A stretch of DNA of 64,000 nt from Azolla caroliniana (lineage: Eukaryota; Plantae; Polypodiophyta). The stretch spans positions 4,526,001 through 4,590,000 of the forward strand of contig JBHGNT010000021.1 of the NCBI GenBank assembly GCA_043228905.1. Reading direction: 5' to 3'. Shown one piece after another: positions 12,201 to 25,159 of this stretch (its first letter is position 1; each line of letters begins with the position of its first letter). The notes under the pieces are model-generated. The model was not told the DNA's origin and made no database searches. It worked only from the letters and a program-made list of their open reading frames with translations. A program made the translations under genes and the position numbers.

Positions 12201-14623
12201 GTAAACTCGAGTCGGATTCCCTTCGAGCGACAGTACTCCTGGAACTGCCCCCGGTATTCCCCTCCGTTATCCGCTCGTATTGCTTTCAGCTTCTTGCCGG
12301 ATTCCCTTTCCACTCTCGCGTGGAGTTCTTTGAAGACGCACAACACTTGGTCCTTTGTCTTCAGCGGTGCCGTCCACAGCTTCCGGCTGTGATCATCAAT
12401 GAATGTTACGAAGTACTGGGCTCCGCCATGTGACTTCGTTTCTACCTGACACACATCAGTGTGCACCAACTCCAATGGTGCGCTACGTCTCGTCGGTGGC
12501 CTTGAGTGGAAGGAGGTTCGGTTCTGCTTACCGGCCAGGCAATCGGTGCACTTCTCCAGGTGCACATGCTTCACTTGAATAAGGTTGTCTTCTGCAAGCC
12601 TCTTCATCCCCTTCTCACTCATGTGACACAGTCTTTTGTGCCACAGCTCACCGGCAGTGTCGGCTGCCACATTCAGCTCTTCAAGACATAACCGGGCATT
12701 CATCAGGTACAGTGTGTTGTCTTTCCGGGCCCGAGCCACTATCAAGCTCCCCTTGCTGAACTTCATTACGCCGTTCCGGATGCTACCTGTGTAGCCTTCA
12801 TCGTCTAGCCTCCCGGCCGAAATCAGGTTCAATCGAACCTCCGGAACATGTCGGACATCCTTCAACAGCATTTTGCATCCGGTCGGGGTTGTCAACCACA
12901 CGTCTCCTATACCGGCAATCCGGCACGTACCTTCATTTCCCATCCGAACACAGCCATGCTCACCGGCTGTGTAGGATGAGAAGTATCTTCTCTCCGGGGT
13001 CAGGTGGAACGATGCTCCGGAATCGACCACCCAGGTCGTCTCATCGCCGGCAATGTTTAGTTCACCTTCTTCGGTGATGAGCATGATTTCTTCCTCACTT
13101 GCCGCGAGTGCCGTTGTTCCTTTCCGGTCTTGCCCTCGCCGATCCGAACCTCTCCGGTCCGTGGCTCCCCGGTATGCACCGTTTCTCTCCGGTGACTTCT
13201 TCGAATCGGTGTCGTCGGCTCCGTTGTCTTTTCGGTAATGCCGACAATTCTTTCGGAAGTGCCCCGGCTTCCCACAGTGGAAGCATGTGGGCCTTCCTCT
13301 TGACTGCGACCGGGTCCCCGACTTCTCCCGTCTTTGCGGACTCCGGTTCCATTGTCTTCCCCGATCCGATTCGGTAAGCAGCGCCTTCGAGTCGGAGGCC
13401 GGTTCTTTATCTTTCCGACGCGCTTCTTCGTTCAAAATACTTGTCTTTACCGTTTGTAAGGACAAGTTATCTTCGGTGCAGGAGGTGCTGAGAGTCACCA
13501 CCAAGTTCTCCCAGCTTTCCGGCAATGTACACATCAGGATGATGGCTTGCATTGCATCCTCCAACGGGAACTTGATCGCCGCAAGCTGATTCACGAATCC
13601 CATGAACGTGCTTACGTGTTCCACCATACTCTCGCCGTCCCGGTACTTGAGATTCACTATCTTCCTCATCAGGGAGGTCCGGTTCAACGCATTCTTCCTC
13701 TCATAGAGGCCCGACAGCTTCCGCCACATCTCATATGCGTTGGTGTCGTTCGCCACATGTTGTAGAACGCTCACGTCGACGTATTGCCGAATGGTTGCAA
13801 CGGCTTTCCGGTTCAGAAGCCTCCATTCCGACTCAAGTACCCCCTTCGGTATTTCCGACCTGTCAATCGGTTCGTACAGGTCCCGAACAATCAGAAGATC
13901 CTCCATCTTGATCTTCCAGTCGGCGTAATTCTGTGCATTCAGCACCATCATCCCCGGCTGCCCGCTGCCGCCGCCTTCCATTTTCTGCAAAACCGAGCTC
14001 TGATACCAGTTTGTTGAGAATCGACGCTTCGATTCACCTTCACCACTCGGCCACAACCAAGTAATTGCGAATCAATGCAGCAGAAAATAGGAACCACAGA
14101 GAGGAACACACGAATACACAGGGATTAACGTGGAAAACCCTAGATGGGAAAAACCACGGGAGTACAAGACTCCAAACCAACACTATACAAAGAGAAGTAT
14201 ACAATGGCGAGATGCAAGGCGACGACCTTGAGCTCGCTGTCCTCGCCACAGGCGGCGGAAATACACAGAGGCGTCGTCCTCTTCCTCTCTCACGCTCTAT
14301 CTCTCTCTCTCTCTCTCACGGCTACTCCCACTTCACTCCTCTTGAGTGGAAAAACAGAAAAATGATCAGCAACTCTAAAACAGTTTGCCCTAAGTCATAT
14401 TTATACATATATGACTTTGGGGCTATTTACAACTATAGCCTCAGGGGCCCATAGCAAACATATTCACGGATATGTCCCTGCATCCGGATCGCTCTCCGGG
14501 TACATTCGTCATCCGGCTCCGAAGCCGGGGTCTTCATCATCCGGTTCCGAAACCGAAACCGGGCTCGTCGGCATTCATCTCCGACATCCGACCATCCCAT
14601 CCGAAGGGACCGTAATCCCAACA
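9286..14623 (-). mobile_element. Young Ty1/copia element C
   Basis: 612-bp LTRs 9286-9897 and 14012-14623 (3 substitutions seen); TSD CTCTT; iMet PBS 13997-14008; PPT 9898-9910. Confidence 0.97.
9908..13981 (-). pseudogene. Copia C gag-pol polyprotein with one premature stop (10271-10273)
   Basis: CCHC, DSGA, HKRLCH/rve, YVDD, RNase H motifs; CAG>TAG relative to the intact sister at 43500-47573. Confidence 0.93.
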
Positions 14624-14628
14624 CTCTT

Positions 14629-15201
14629 CAGGGAGAAGGAAATTCTCCTTTCCAACTCGTAGCTTCCCCTTCGTCTCTTTGGTGAAGACATGACCTATCT
14701 TCTTCGGACCTCTTAAGCTTGGATCGTTAGCGACTTCCTTCATCTTTTGCCAACTATCTTCCGGTAGCGGAACCGCAACTGGCTTGATCTTCTTATCCAC
14801 CATTTTATATTTCGTGTTGATGTCAACTTCCTTCATCGAGATGCCACGACGGTATTCATCGATGATAGCGTACATGTTGAAGGAGTTTACCGAAATCACG
14901 CATTGGTTGTGAAGATAGCTCAAGTCCACAACGTCCTCGATTTCGCCGATGGTGTCGTTAAATGAGGCTTCTTCCATAATATGAGTCACGAACTCCCCTT
15001 CTTCTATTATGTTCTCTTCTTTCAGCATCTTCTCGAATTCTTGTATCCGGTGCTTGTGATTCTTGTCGGGTAGTACTAGTTTACATGCGCCACTAGGTGT
15101 GACACATGTTGCTTCTCCTTGCAATCCACGCACTCTTCTTTCTTGTGGGGTCTTGTGATTGCTCGGACTATTTGTGCCCCATGCTTCAATAGTCCGCTCT
15201 A
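14629..15201 (-). pseudogene. pol: Gypsy B pol N-terminal segment (-1 frame relative to gag)
   Basis: Open from the slippery site to the copia insertion; TKYKMVDKKIKPV matches the ORF at 40928. Confidence 0.8.
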
Positions 15202-15208
15202 AAAATCC
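15146..15208 (-). promoter_or_regulatory. Predicted -1 ribosomal frameshift signal (GGAUUUU plus pseudoknot)
   Basis: Same sequence as 40748-40810. Confidence 0.7.
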
Positions 15209-17394
15209 GAGGATTCACCTCTGAGACTATCTCGATTCCTTTCATGATTGGCTCGCACCGTTAGGAATTGGACCGATCTTTGGTTGTCAAGACTCTTTAT
15301 TCGTGCGAAGGCTGCTCCATTATCGAACACTTTGGTCTCCATCCGAGATGATGTGATATAAGGTTGCCCTAGGATGACAGGATGCGACGCCGATTCTTGT
15401 ACGAAGAAGTGTTGATCCATCTCCACATCCCCGATCGTGACTTTTACATTGGGACAAGCTCCGTACAAGTCCTCCGTAGACTTTGTTGCCGCGCGAATCT
15501 TCCATCCGTGGTTTGTATTGATTGGCCATCTTCCCTTTTTGTAGAAGTCGGTTGACATGAGGTTGATCTCCGAGCAGTCGTCGATCAAGGCTACGACGGT
15601 CTCTTTCTTCTCCCCGATCTTCACCGGCGTCTCCGTTGTCGCTCGTGCCCAATGAGGTCGAGTGTAGTGGATGTCCACCATATCTTCATCGATTTTGTCT
15701 CTTGCCATCGTTATGGCATTCGTTTTTGCGTTTTGCGGCTTCTCTTCTTCCTCGTCCGATTGTTGTCTCTTTCTCTTTACAAGGTCCACGATCGTGTCAT
15801 GGAACTCCTTCGTAATGCCAAGCAATTCCCTCAAGGACAAAGTTACGTGGCTATCAAGAACTCGTTCTTCGAGAATCTTCTTTAGGTCCATCGTCTGCTT
15901 TATGTCCGACCTTAGCTTATAGGTAGGTATAGTCCTTGTCCTCCGAGTGGGGTCTTCCACACCAACCTTCACGGGCCGAACCGTTTCTTCAACTCGTATG
16001 CTTGGCTCCCCTTTTCGGCTTGATTCTCGTTCCTCCGTTTGTAAAGGTCGACTCATCTCCGTATCGTCCTTCTTTTTCGCCTTCCTTGTTTCATGTCTTT
16101 TTGATGGGCCTTGCTCTTCTATTCTCTTTCTCTTTTCTTCGACGAACACCTCGTGGTTGTCGCACATCACCTCTGCGAGTATGGTGTTGTCGTCCACCGG
16201 ATCCGACCACTCGGTTATGCTTTGCACGTTTCGGTCCGCAAGCTCTACCTCGTTCGATGTGACTTTTCCCTTCTTCTCATATTCGAGAACGGAAGTCCAA
16301 AACTTTGCTCCCGCTCTAGCAGCTTCAATCTTGTCTTTCCCGACTCTTATTCCGGCCGACGCAGCATAGTGCATCGCATCCACATGAGTCGCATCGGCAT
16401 CCTCCATAGATTTCTTCATTCCTCCTCTTCCGAAATTCACCCGTAGGGGTCTTCTAGTCTCGCTTGAGCAGATCATGTTGTCCTCTATGTATACGATATT
16501 TGGTCGAATCGCCTCTCGAAGGCTCGCACAATCCCTTCTCATGTGGTCCATGCTATCGCACCACACACATCTAAAGGGTTCTTTTCCTTTAGGGCCCCGA
16601 CGATTCATGTTGGCTAGCGTGACCTTCTCGAACTTCTTCGCTAGCTCTTCAATGATGTCGTCATCAATCTTCTTTTCTTCCACGTTACTTTGTCTCAGCG
16701 GCTCAGCTACTTTCGGCGGTCTTGCTTTCTCCGTGGTAGTCGGTCCCGTCAAGTCGGTGTCATCAACCCATTGGCGACGCTTGTCGAGCCTATTGCATGC
16801 CCGCTTCACCGCGATGCAGTCCGCTACGAGCCCATTTGCTTGGGTATCATCTTCGAGAAGAGTCCCCAACTCCCGTCTATCCTTTATGTCCACGGCCTTC
16901 AAGAAGTACAAAGTCTTGTCCTCTTCAAGCAACACTTGGTCCGTATTGGGGAGACGACTAAACATCTGGTCGAATTCGTCGTACACCCTCGAGACGCTCA
17001 TCTTCTTATTCTTCTTCTCTATCCACTTCATCAGGGCATGTCGAGTCATCCTCCTTGAGTCTTCAGTCACGAACTCCGCTAGTATCGTTTTCTCGAACTC
17101 GGACCATGTTGTCTTACCTTCTTGAAGCTCGATGATGCGTCTTTGGATGTTGTTGGCGACAACTCTCTTGAAGCTTGCGATTTGACGTGCCTCGGACACG
17201 TCCCTCTGATTCATCTCCCTTCTATATGCATCAAGGAACTTCGTAACGTTCCTTCCATCAAATTGGCCCTCGAGCTCTATGACACGATCAACAGCCTTCT
17301 CCACGCTCGCGTCGTTGTCCCGAGATCTCATCATTTGCTCGACGATTAGCATCATCCTTTCGAGCTCTCCTGCATGGTTGCTTGAGGACGCCAT
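15199..17394 (-). CDS. gag: Gypsy B Gag-protease ORF
   Basis: About 731 aa open; CVWCDSMDHMRRDC knuckle; aspartic protease region (ALIDDCSEINLM...VILGQPY). Confidence 0.88.
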   Translation of the reverse strand: MASSSNHAGELERMMLIVEQMMRSRDNDASVEKAVDRVIELEGQFDGRNVTKFLDAYRREMNQRDVSEARQIASFKRVVANNIQRRIIELQEGKTTWSEFEKTILAEFVTEDSRRMTRHALMKWIEKKNKKMSVSRVYDEFDQMFSRLPNTDQVLLEEDKTLYFLKAVDIKDRRELGTLLEDDTQANGLVADCIAVKRACNRLDKRRQWVDDTDLTGPTTTEKARPPKVAEPLRQSNVEEKKIDDDIIEELAKKFEKVTLANMNRRGPKGKEPFRCVWCDSMDHMRRDCASLREAIRPNIVYIEDNMICSSETRRPLRVNFGRGGMKKSMEDADATHVDAMHYAASAGIRVGKDKIEAARAGAKFWTSVLEYEKKGKVTSNEVELADRNVQSITEWSDPVDDNTILAEVMCDNHEVFVEEKRKRIEEQGPSKRHETRKAKKKDDTEMSRPLQTEERESSRKGEPSIRVEETVRPVKVGVEDPTRRTRTIPTYKLRSDIKQTMDLKKILEERVLDSHVTLSLRELLGITKEFHDTIVDLVKRKRQQSDEEEEKPQNAKTNAITMARDKIDEDMVDIHYTRPHWARATTETPVKIGEKKETVVALIDDCSEINLMSTDFYKKGRWPINTNHGWKIRAATKSTEDLYGACPNVKVTIGDVEMDQHFFVQESASHPVILGQPYITSSRMETKVFDNGAAFARIKSLDNQRSVQFLTVRANHERNRDSLRGESSDF

Positions 17395-17435
17395 CTCCAA
17401 GTATTAATCTTGACTTGATCCTTCCTACCACCTCT

Positions 17436-17453
17436 TTCACGTCGGGTTCACCA
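17436..17453 (-). promoter_or_regulatory. tRNA-Trp primer-binding site
   Basis: TGGTGAACCCGACGTGAA, complementary to the plant tRNA-Trp 3' end (recalled sequence); 8-nt spacer from LTR. Confidence 0.8.
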
Positions 17454-17909
17454 CTTAATTATGTCGTGAAGATCCGTCACTACGCACGGATCATGAGGCG
17501 GAACCGTCGGGGTTCTGGACCAGAAGGATTTAGAGTCGATACAAGCTTTGGCGAGAAAGTACTTAAGATAGATTGGGAAAGAGAGAAGTTGAGATTACAC
17601 GATTGAGAGAGATTGATTGAACTTTTAACTTTAGATTTAAGAAACAAGTTACACGATCAATTTGATAACGAATTTCTTCCTCTTAATTTTCATAAAAAAA
17701 ACCGTGTTTTTTCTCCTCCCCCTTCCTTCTTTTATAGATGCTCTCATGCATATGATGCATGTGAGGGTACAAGACATGCATAAATTGCATGTTTGCCATT
17801 TGGCGCTTATGTATTACATGTGGTGCATGATAACCATGTCACTCATTTTAGTTCTCATGTATGAGAATTTACATATAAAAGTACAATGATAGAAATATAA
17901 TTTCAACTA

Positions 17910-17982
17910 AATAGCATGGCTTAATGGTAAGCCAATTGACTCCTAACTTGGAGGTGCAAGGTTCGAATCCTTACTTGCCCTC
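17910..17982 (+). ncRNA. tRNA-like cassette in gypsy B 5' LTR
   Basis: A box at 17917, B box at 17960. Confidence 0.6.
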
Positions 17983-18468
17983 CTTGTATATGTAAATATG
18001 TATATATATTTATATATTTATTTATCTAGTCGCCGGATGCCGTCGGATCACCGTTGCCGGATTGCCGCCGAATCACCGGCTCCATCGTCGGTCCGATTTT
18101 GGTTGGCCAAAACCCTTTACTCCACTCTTAGTTCAAGTTACCTTGAACTCTCTATGCTCCACACATAGACACAAAGATAATATCTTTTGCTCCACCTTAT
18201 ATATGATGAGAGCTGTATTTGTCGTGCCTATGTGGGATATCTCACAATTTTCTCCTTTCCTTTTACAAACTTTATACCCTCATATCTTGACATTTAGTTG
18301 TCCGTTTCTCGTGTAATAAAGTGCATTCGAAACCTCCATCATTTTGTACTTAGATATTAAATCTATTTAAAATGTTATCTTCACAATTATTGTACTACGT
18401 GATTCATACTCGATTTCGTACGTTTTATAGGAATTTCACACTATTGCCGAAAATCTTAACGACAACGT

Positions 18469-21400
18469 TCTCATTGTGGGAGAAGCTACAAGCTGTGTAC
18501 GAGAAAAAGTCCTCATCCTCAAAACTGATTTTGATCAAATAACTGTTCAACATGAAGATGAGAGAGACCAATCTGGATACCCCCCACATCAACACCGTCA
18601 GCCGGGTGTTGTTAGAACTCTCCTCACAAGGGATCAACTTCGAAGAAGAAGTTAAAGCCCTTGCCCTCCTATCGAGCTTGCCGGCGAGTTGGGAGGTATT
18701 CTGCATGACATACGCCAATAGTCGACCGATCCTAAATCTGGATGAGACAATCAGCCAAGTCCTCATCGAGGACATTCGGCGAAAATCGATGGGACTCACC
18801 ATCGATGAGTCGGCAGAAACCCACCACTTGACCGAGTCGGTTGACCGATTGAGTAGATTGAGAGAACAAGCCCACAGAGCCGGTTGACACCATAGTCGAT
18901 CGAAAACGAGGGGAGACCGACATTGGTCGAAGTCAAGAACAAGTTGATCAGGTGAATTTTGCACACATTGCAGAAAAGCTGGCCACAATTTGTTAGAGCG
19001 ATGGTCTAACGTAAGCATATGATAAGGATAAAATATAGATAAACATAAGAAATGAGAGAGAGAAAGAAGGGTACAAATCCACCCGACCACCCCCGAGCGA
19101 AGGGATCGAGATGGACTCGAGCTTCAATCGAGTCGTACCTGGTGCTAGCACACTCGCTACAAGAGTTGACCAACCACGAAACAATGTCTCAATGTAGTCA
19201 AGATATGATGAAATGAGGGTAGTTAGGCCTCATGTTTATAGCGATACCCAAGCCCCCTAAGCAAGTTCACACTTGACCTAACGGGTTGTCTCAGTCCCGA
19301 GGATTAAAAGTAATCCTCCCCTTCTTTACACTCTCATTTAACCCTCACACTTATCCACGTGTATAGAATACTACGGTAAATTCTCACAATGGGATATTAT
19401 ATGGTCATGCCCGTAACACAATGTTTCTGACTGTTGGTCAATCAAGAGGAAAGAGAGTGGTCGGCGATCCGAACGGAATCGTGGATGACTCGACTCGGAC
19501 CACTCTTCTAGTGGCAACCAAATTAATGTTGCCGATACCCAATCAGGAGAAATCCTTTCCTTAGAGGACTCGATGATTGCGGAAGTCCTCTACAGTGCAC
19601 AAGATGCACACACGTGGTTATTGGATTCCGGTGCCACATTCCACGTGACCCCTAATATTGAATGGTTTTCAAACTATTCGGCCGATGCCAACGGCATAGT
19701 CCGACTAGGCAATGGGCAGGAGTGCAGAATAGCAAGAGTTGGTGAAGTACCAATTCAACTATCAAATGGCAACACAATAATCCTGCACCAAGTTTGGCAC
19801 ACACCTGATCTTAAGAGGAGTCTGGTCTCCATCGGCATGCTAGTCAAAGACGGGTACCGTACGACTCTGAGTGAGTCAGTATGGATGATCAACCATGGAA
19901 ACTTGAAGATAAGAGGCGGGCACAAGTACTACAACTTGTACCCATTAATGGTGGTCAGTCAAGAAGGGGCCATGAATGTAGCCGAAAAGACCGACCCAAA
20001 CCTATGGCATGGCCGACTCGGCCATATGTCTCAAGCTGAACTCGATCAATTGATAGCGGTAGGCTACATCCCGAAACTTCAAGCAAAGACGGGCTTCTAC
20101 GAGCATTGTCGATATGGGAAACATACCCGAAGTATGCACTCTCTACACTACGAGACGGTACGACAACCCCTAGAGCTCGTGCACACAAATATATGTGGGC
20201 TCATGCCAGAGCGATCACAAGGAAGCTCTAGGTATTTCATCATATTTGTAGATGACTGTACATGGAAGGTTTGGGCCTACTCGATTAGGTCCAAAGACGA
20301 AGCTCTCGAGGTCTTCACTCAGTGGACATCTAAAGTGGAGAACCAATCGGGACACAAAGTGAAGACACTCTGATCTGACAATGGAGGAGAATATACCTCT
20401 AGAGCCTTCAAACAGTACTTGTCCAACGAAGGGATTCAACATCAAAAGACCATTCCTTACACACCCATGTTGAATGGAGTGGCAGAACGGATCAACCGAA
20501 CGATCCAGGAGAGGGTGATGACAATGCTCCAACAAGCCGATCTAAAATTGGAGTTCTGGGCTAAGCCATTGCAGACGACAGTATACCTGGTAAATCTATA
20601 CCGTCTAAAGCAAGCAGGATCGAAGTGCCACAGGCACTATGGTCAAGCAATCAACCAACCTACGATAGGCTCCGTATATTCAGATGCAAAGCCTACGCAT
20701 TTATCCCTACGGAGGAAAGGACCAAGTTGGCACCCCATGCGACGAACTACATATTTCTCGGTTATGGAACCGATGGGACTTCGGCTACTAGCTATGGAAC
20801 CTGGAGAACCAGAAACTGATCCGGAGCAGTGACGCAGTCTTCAATGAAAACTCTATCTTCTCTCGGTGGAACCAGTAGAAAATAGTTGGTAAAAAGGTCT
20901 CCTTCAAAGACGATAGAGCTGTCGTAGAAGGACTGTCCCACCGTGCTAACTCAGAGGCTCGACAAACAATCGAACTCGAGCAAGCCAACAACATACCTGC
21001 TGACTCCAAATTGGTAGGAGGTCCACTAGTTGAAATCGAAGACAAAGCTATCAAAGACAAAGCTGATTCAACAAGAGTTGAACAAGGCAAAGTCAACAAA
21101 ATGCGATTTGGAAACAGACCCGAGTCGACAAAGTCCATAGGAGAAGACAACATGACACCGCCGAAATCCCAAGCCAGGGGCAAGTCACCCAAGTGGACTC
21201 ATGACTTAAGTGGTTCCACGAATACCAATCGAACAACAGAGCCGATCGAAGAATCCGAACCGATCAATATGGCAGTTAGGAGATCCGGACGAAATCGAAG
21301 GCCAACAGAGTTTGATCAACTGGGCCTCGACTACGTCAACTACATTGATGCAGGCAAACCAAGCACATACAATGAAGATATAGCCACACTGGATGCCAAC

Positions 21401-22910
21401 ACATGGCTGCAAGCCATGAAATCTGAGATGGACTCGATTCACAGGAATCACACATGGGAGCTAGTCCTACTACCAGCTGGAAGGAAGCCGCTACCTTGCA
21501 AATGGGTTTTCCGATACAAATATGTATCAAACTCAGAGAAACCCAAGTACGAAGCTTGGCTCATCGTGAAAGGGTTCAAAACAAGAACATGGTCGACTAT
21601 GATGAGATATACTCACCAATAGTCAAGATGACCACCCTTCGACTCCTATTAGGAGTTGTGGCAACAGAAGACCTAGAGCTTGAGCAGATGGACGTAAAGA
21701 CGACATTTCTACACGAAGATATGGAAGAAGACATTTACATGTCTCAACCGGCAGGCTTAACGACAACGGGGGAGGAAAGTCACCTCATATGTCGATTGAA
21801 GAAAAGTCTTTATGGCTTGTAACAAGCGCCGAGGATGTGGTACCAGAAGTTCGACTCCTACATTAGGTATCTTGGATACCGCAGATAAGACTCCGACCAA
21901 CGTATGTACATCCGATAATTGGCCGATGAGTCCAGAATCTATCTGATCCTATATGTCAACGACATGCTTATTGTAGGTAGCAATCAAATGGAAATAAGGA
22001 AGCTAAAGCGGAATCTTCACGACAAGTTCATTATGAAGGAGCTCGGACAAGCCCGACACATACTGGGCATGAGGATTGAGCAAAATCGGACGACTAAGAC
22101 TCTCATACTCTCCCAGTCCAATTATATCAGGAAGGTGCTTAAGCGCTTCAACATGGAGAATGCAAAGTCGGCACCAACACCGCTTGGGATGTCGATCCGG
22201 CTATCGGACAGAGACTCTCCTTCAATAGACAAGGAGAGAGAGCTTAATGGAAAGATGTCCTACGCATCGGTAGTAGGAAGTATCATGTATGCAATGGTGG
22301 CGACTCAACCAGTACATGTCGAATCTAGGATGCAAGCATTGGGAGGCTGTCAAGCACATTTTTAGGTACCTTAGAGGAACTGAAGATACACAATTGACTT
22401 TCGGCTTGAAAATCTCGGAAGTCGAAGGCTACACTGACTCCGACTATGCTAGTAATACGGACAATCGGAAGTCAACATCTGGGTATATCTTCACCTATGG
22501 TGGTGGTGCAATATCATGGAGGTCGAAGCTTCAAGAGTGCACGTACCTATCAACTACAGAAGCTGAGTACATAGCAACATCGGAGGTAGTGAAGGAAGTG
22601 ATCAGGCTGTACCGATTGTTTGCCGATTTTTCAGGTACACGCCGAATCGAATGACCAACGCCAACCATCTATTGCGACTCATAGAGTGCAATATACCTCA
22701 TCAACAATCCTATCTATCACACAAAGACAAAGCATATTGAGGTGCAGTATCATCACATATGGGAGTTCATAACCGTGAAGAAGCTTGAAGTTCGGAAGAT
22801 TGACACCAAGGTGAACATCATCGACTGCCTGACGAAGGCACTCCCAGATCAACGCTTCGGAGCACTAGGAACAAAGATGGGACTGTAACAAGTGATTGAG
22901 TAAAAGAAGG
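18469..22910 (+). pseudogene. Copia A gag-pol remainder (decayed)
   Basis: LLSSLPASW, CTHC...GH, WLLDSGA, WHGRLGH, rve, QMDVKT, YVNDML, RKSTSGY motifs; many stops and frameshifts. Confidence 0.9.
18991..19418. mobile_element. Solo LTR inserted in the copia A zinc knuckle
   Basis: TGTTA...TAACA termini; TSD CAATT/CAATG; removal restores CTHCRKAGHNVSDC. Confidence 0.8.
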
Positions 22911-23522
22911 CCAAACGAGGAGCACAAGGCATGTCAAACCGATCAACTCAGACAAGTCGATCTGGCTAACTAGCCGAACTAGGATAGACATTGGCCACAC
23001 GTCGACTGACTTGTAAATATAAATTTAGATTAATCTTGTAATCTAGGTTTACGGGGGAGATAAACCCAAAAACTTGTATGTGTAGGAAAGAGTAGTCCTT
23101 TTACGCGGGAGTTTGTTGGCATAAAAGGCCAACCCCCCCTTCCACTTTGTATCCTAGTGTGAACTCGTCTAAAGAGTTAGGGCTTAATATATAAGCGATA
23201 ACCTAACGTTGTAACAATGACTGCTTGATCATCTTGTATAGTGAGTCTCTGAGAGAGAGTGAAAGAGAGAACATAATATCAAACCTTCCATTAAAGCTTA
23301 GGAGTGTCTATTCTCTGTTTATTCTCTTGTCTCGCTCCTTTGATTGTTTGTTGAACACTACAACAGATCCTCACACATACATTTCCGCACACATTAGAAC
23401 ATCAGCAACTTGGAGAAGACCCCTGCAAAACTGGCAACTCGAAAAAGACTCCCCCAACCAACAAAATAGAAGAAGAAGAAGAAGATGGACACTTCCAAGC
23501 TCCCCAAACGTTGAAGAAGATA

Positions 23523-24182
23523 TGTTGAATACAATAATATAATGGACATATTCACATTACCCCATTGGATAAACTAGACTAGGCTATAATTGATGTAAAT
23601 AGGATAATGGGTAGTTTCCCTAGTTTGGTTAGTTCATAACCAAATTGTAACCTAGTTTGTAAAGTTGATATTGTTGTTGTCATTTGAATAATACAATTGT
23701 ATTTTGTGTGCCTCTCAGTTTCCCTCTATTAATCTCTTGAAGTTTGTCTTTGTTACTCTTGTTCATTTGTTCCATATCTACCAACTTGTTGTCTATGTTA
23801 CACAATGATATGTCTTATACTCTCAAATTAACAACCTAGTTTCCAGTAGTTGGTATCAAAGCTCGAGGTTCATGCTGCCGGTCATCATTCGTCACTCCAA
23901 CACCAACATTCTTTTGATTCGACCACCAAAGACTTCAAGGTTGTTGGATTTCTTGAACCGATCTTCTAAGATTTCAATCACATTGAAATCTTTTGTTTGG
24001 CAATTGCAAACTTGACCTTGTGAAGGAAGAAGCAGTTTTGTTTTGTCAAGCTCATGCTCAATTCGACTAGATCACACTTCGGGTAGACTAGACGGTTGTA
24101 CCCTCCCCTTGATCGTAGTCACTCCAAGTAGAATTTCAACCGGTCGACTATTGTTAAAAGGAGCACCACATCTTTCTCTTAG
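23523..24182 (+). mobile_element. Truncated LTR element: LTR about 23523-23848, Met PBS 23851-23862, leader
   Basis: TGTTG start; TGGTATCAAAGC. Confidence 0.55.
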
Positions 24183-25159
24183 TGTCATGATATGAACCCA
24201 TGACCTTACGTTATATGGGTCGAGCCCTTGCCATTAGACTATACATTGTAATATGATGATATTATTTTCTTGATGTATATTCCAGATTTCTCGAGAACAT
24301 TCTATAAACTTCAAGAGTACTCTTGAAAAGACTATATAAGGAGGCACAAGGCATTATTTCGAACCAAATCGGTTCAACGCCAGTCTTAAGCCTCTTAGCT
24401 ACTATTGTATATTCTCTTCACATAATATGTATCTTTTGCTATCATCATTCTCTCTCTCTCCCTCTCTCTATCACTCTTTCCTTCTCTCGAGAGTTCTACA
24501 CCTCTCTTAATACTAATCCTCATCTTTTAGTACTAATTCCTTCTCTGTCTTAGTATTGTTCCCAACAATACTTCTCTGTCTTAGTACTCTTCCTGAGAGT
24601 TTGAACCGATTTCCCGTCTCCTTCCTCCTCATCCTTTTATCTTCTTACTTCTCCCTCCCTTCATACTGTGAAGAAAAGCGCTGAATATCACTCGGCCACA
24701 ACCGAGTATTGAATCACAGAAATGGGGATGAACGAGAGAGTACACAAATATGACACAAGATGTTTATGTGGAAAACCCTAATAGGGAAAAACCACGTGAG
24801 CCCACGAACTACAACTATCACTATATAAGAGGAAACACAAAGTGGAGGCACAAAGGCAACAACCTCGTGCTCGCGATCTTCGCTAGACGGCGATTACAAC
24901 AAAGAGTGCTTGTAGCTACTTTCTCCCTCTCTCTGTCGCTCTCTCTATACAACAATATGACAATCACAACAACCTTACAAAGTGATTGCCCTAAGTCATA
25001 TTTATACTTATATGAACTTAGGGTTATTTACAAATGTAGCCTCAATAGGCTTACTCAAAACATATTTACAGATATGTCTTCTCTTCCGGTTCTCACCGGT
25101 TCTCTTTATTCATCACCGGATCCCATCCAGAGAGATTGATTTCCCAACAATCTCCTCCT

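Larger units (their letters stand above)
5584..18464 (-). mobile_element. Ty3/gypsy element B (Phygy-like), full-length, with nested copia
   Basis: LTRs 5584-6602 and 17462-18464 (a 16-bp indel plus scattered SNPs); TSD ACGT/ACGT; PPT next to 6603; Trp PBS; gag-PR then RT-RH-IN. Confidence 0.95.
4945..23404 (+). mobile_element. Old Ty1/copia element A (host of gypsy B and a solo LTR)
   Basis: LTRs 4945-5238 and 23114-23404; TSD ACAAC/GCAAC; decayed Met PBS; PPT GCGGGAG; gag-PR-IN-RT-RH order. Confidence 0.85.

Noticed and set aside
10185-13928. Long antisense ORFs over copia and gypsy coding regions
   Set aside because: Expected shadow ORFs of GC-rich coding sequence, with no recognisable domains.
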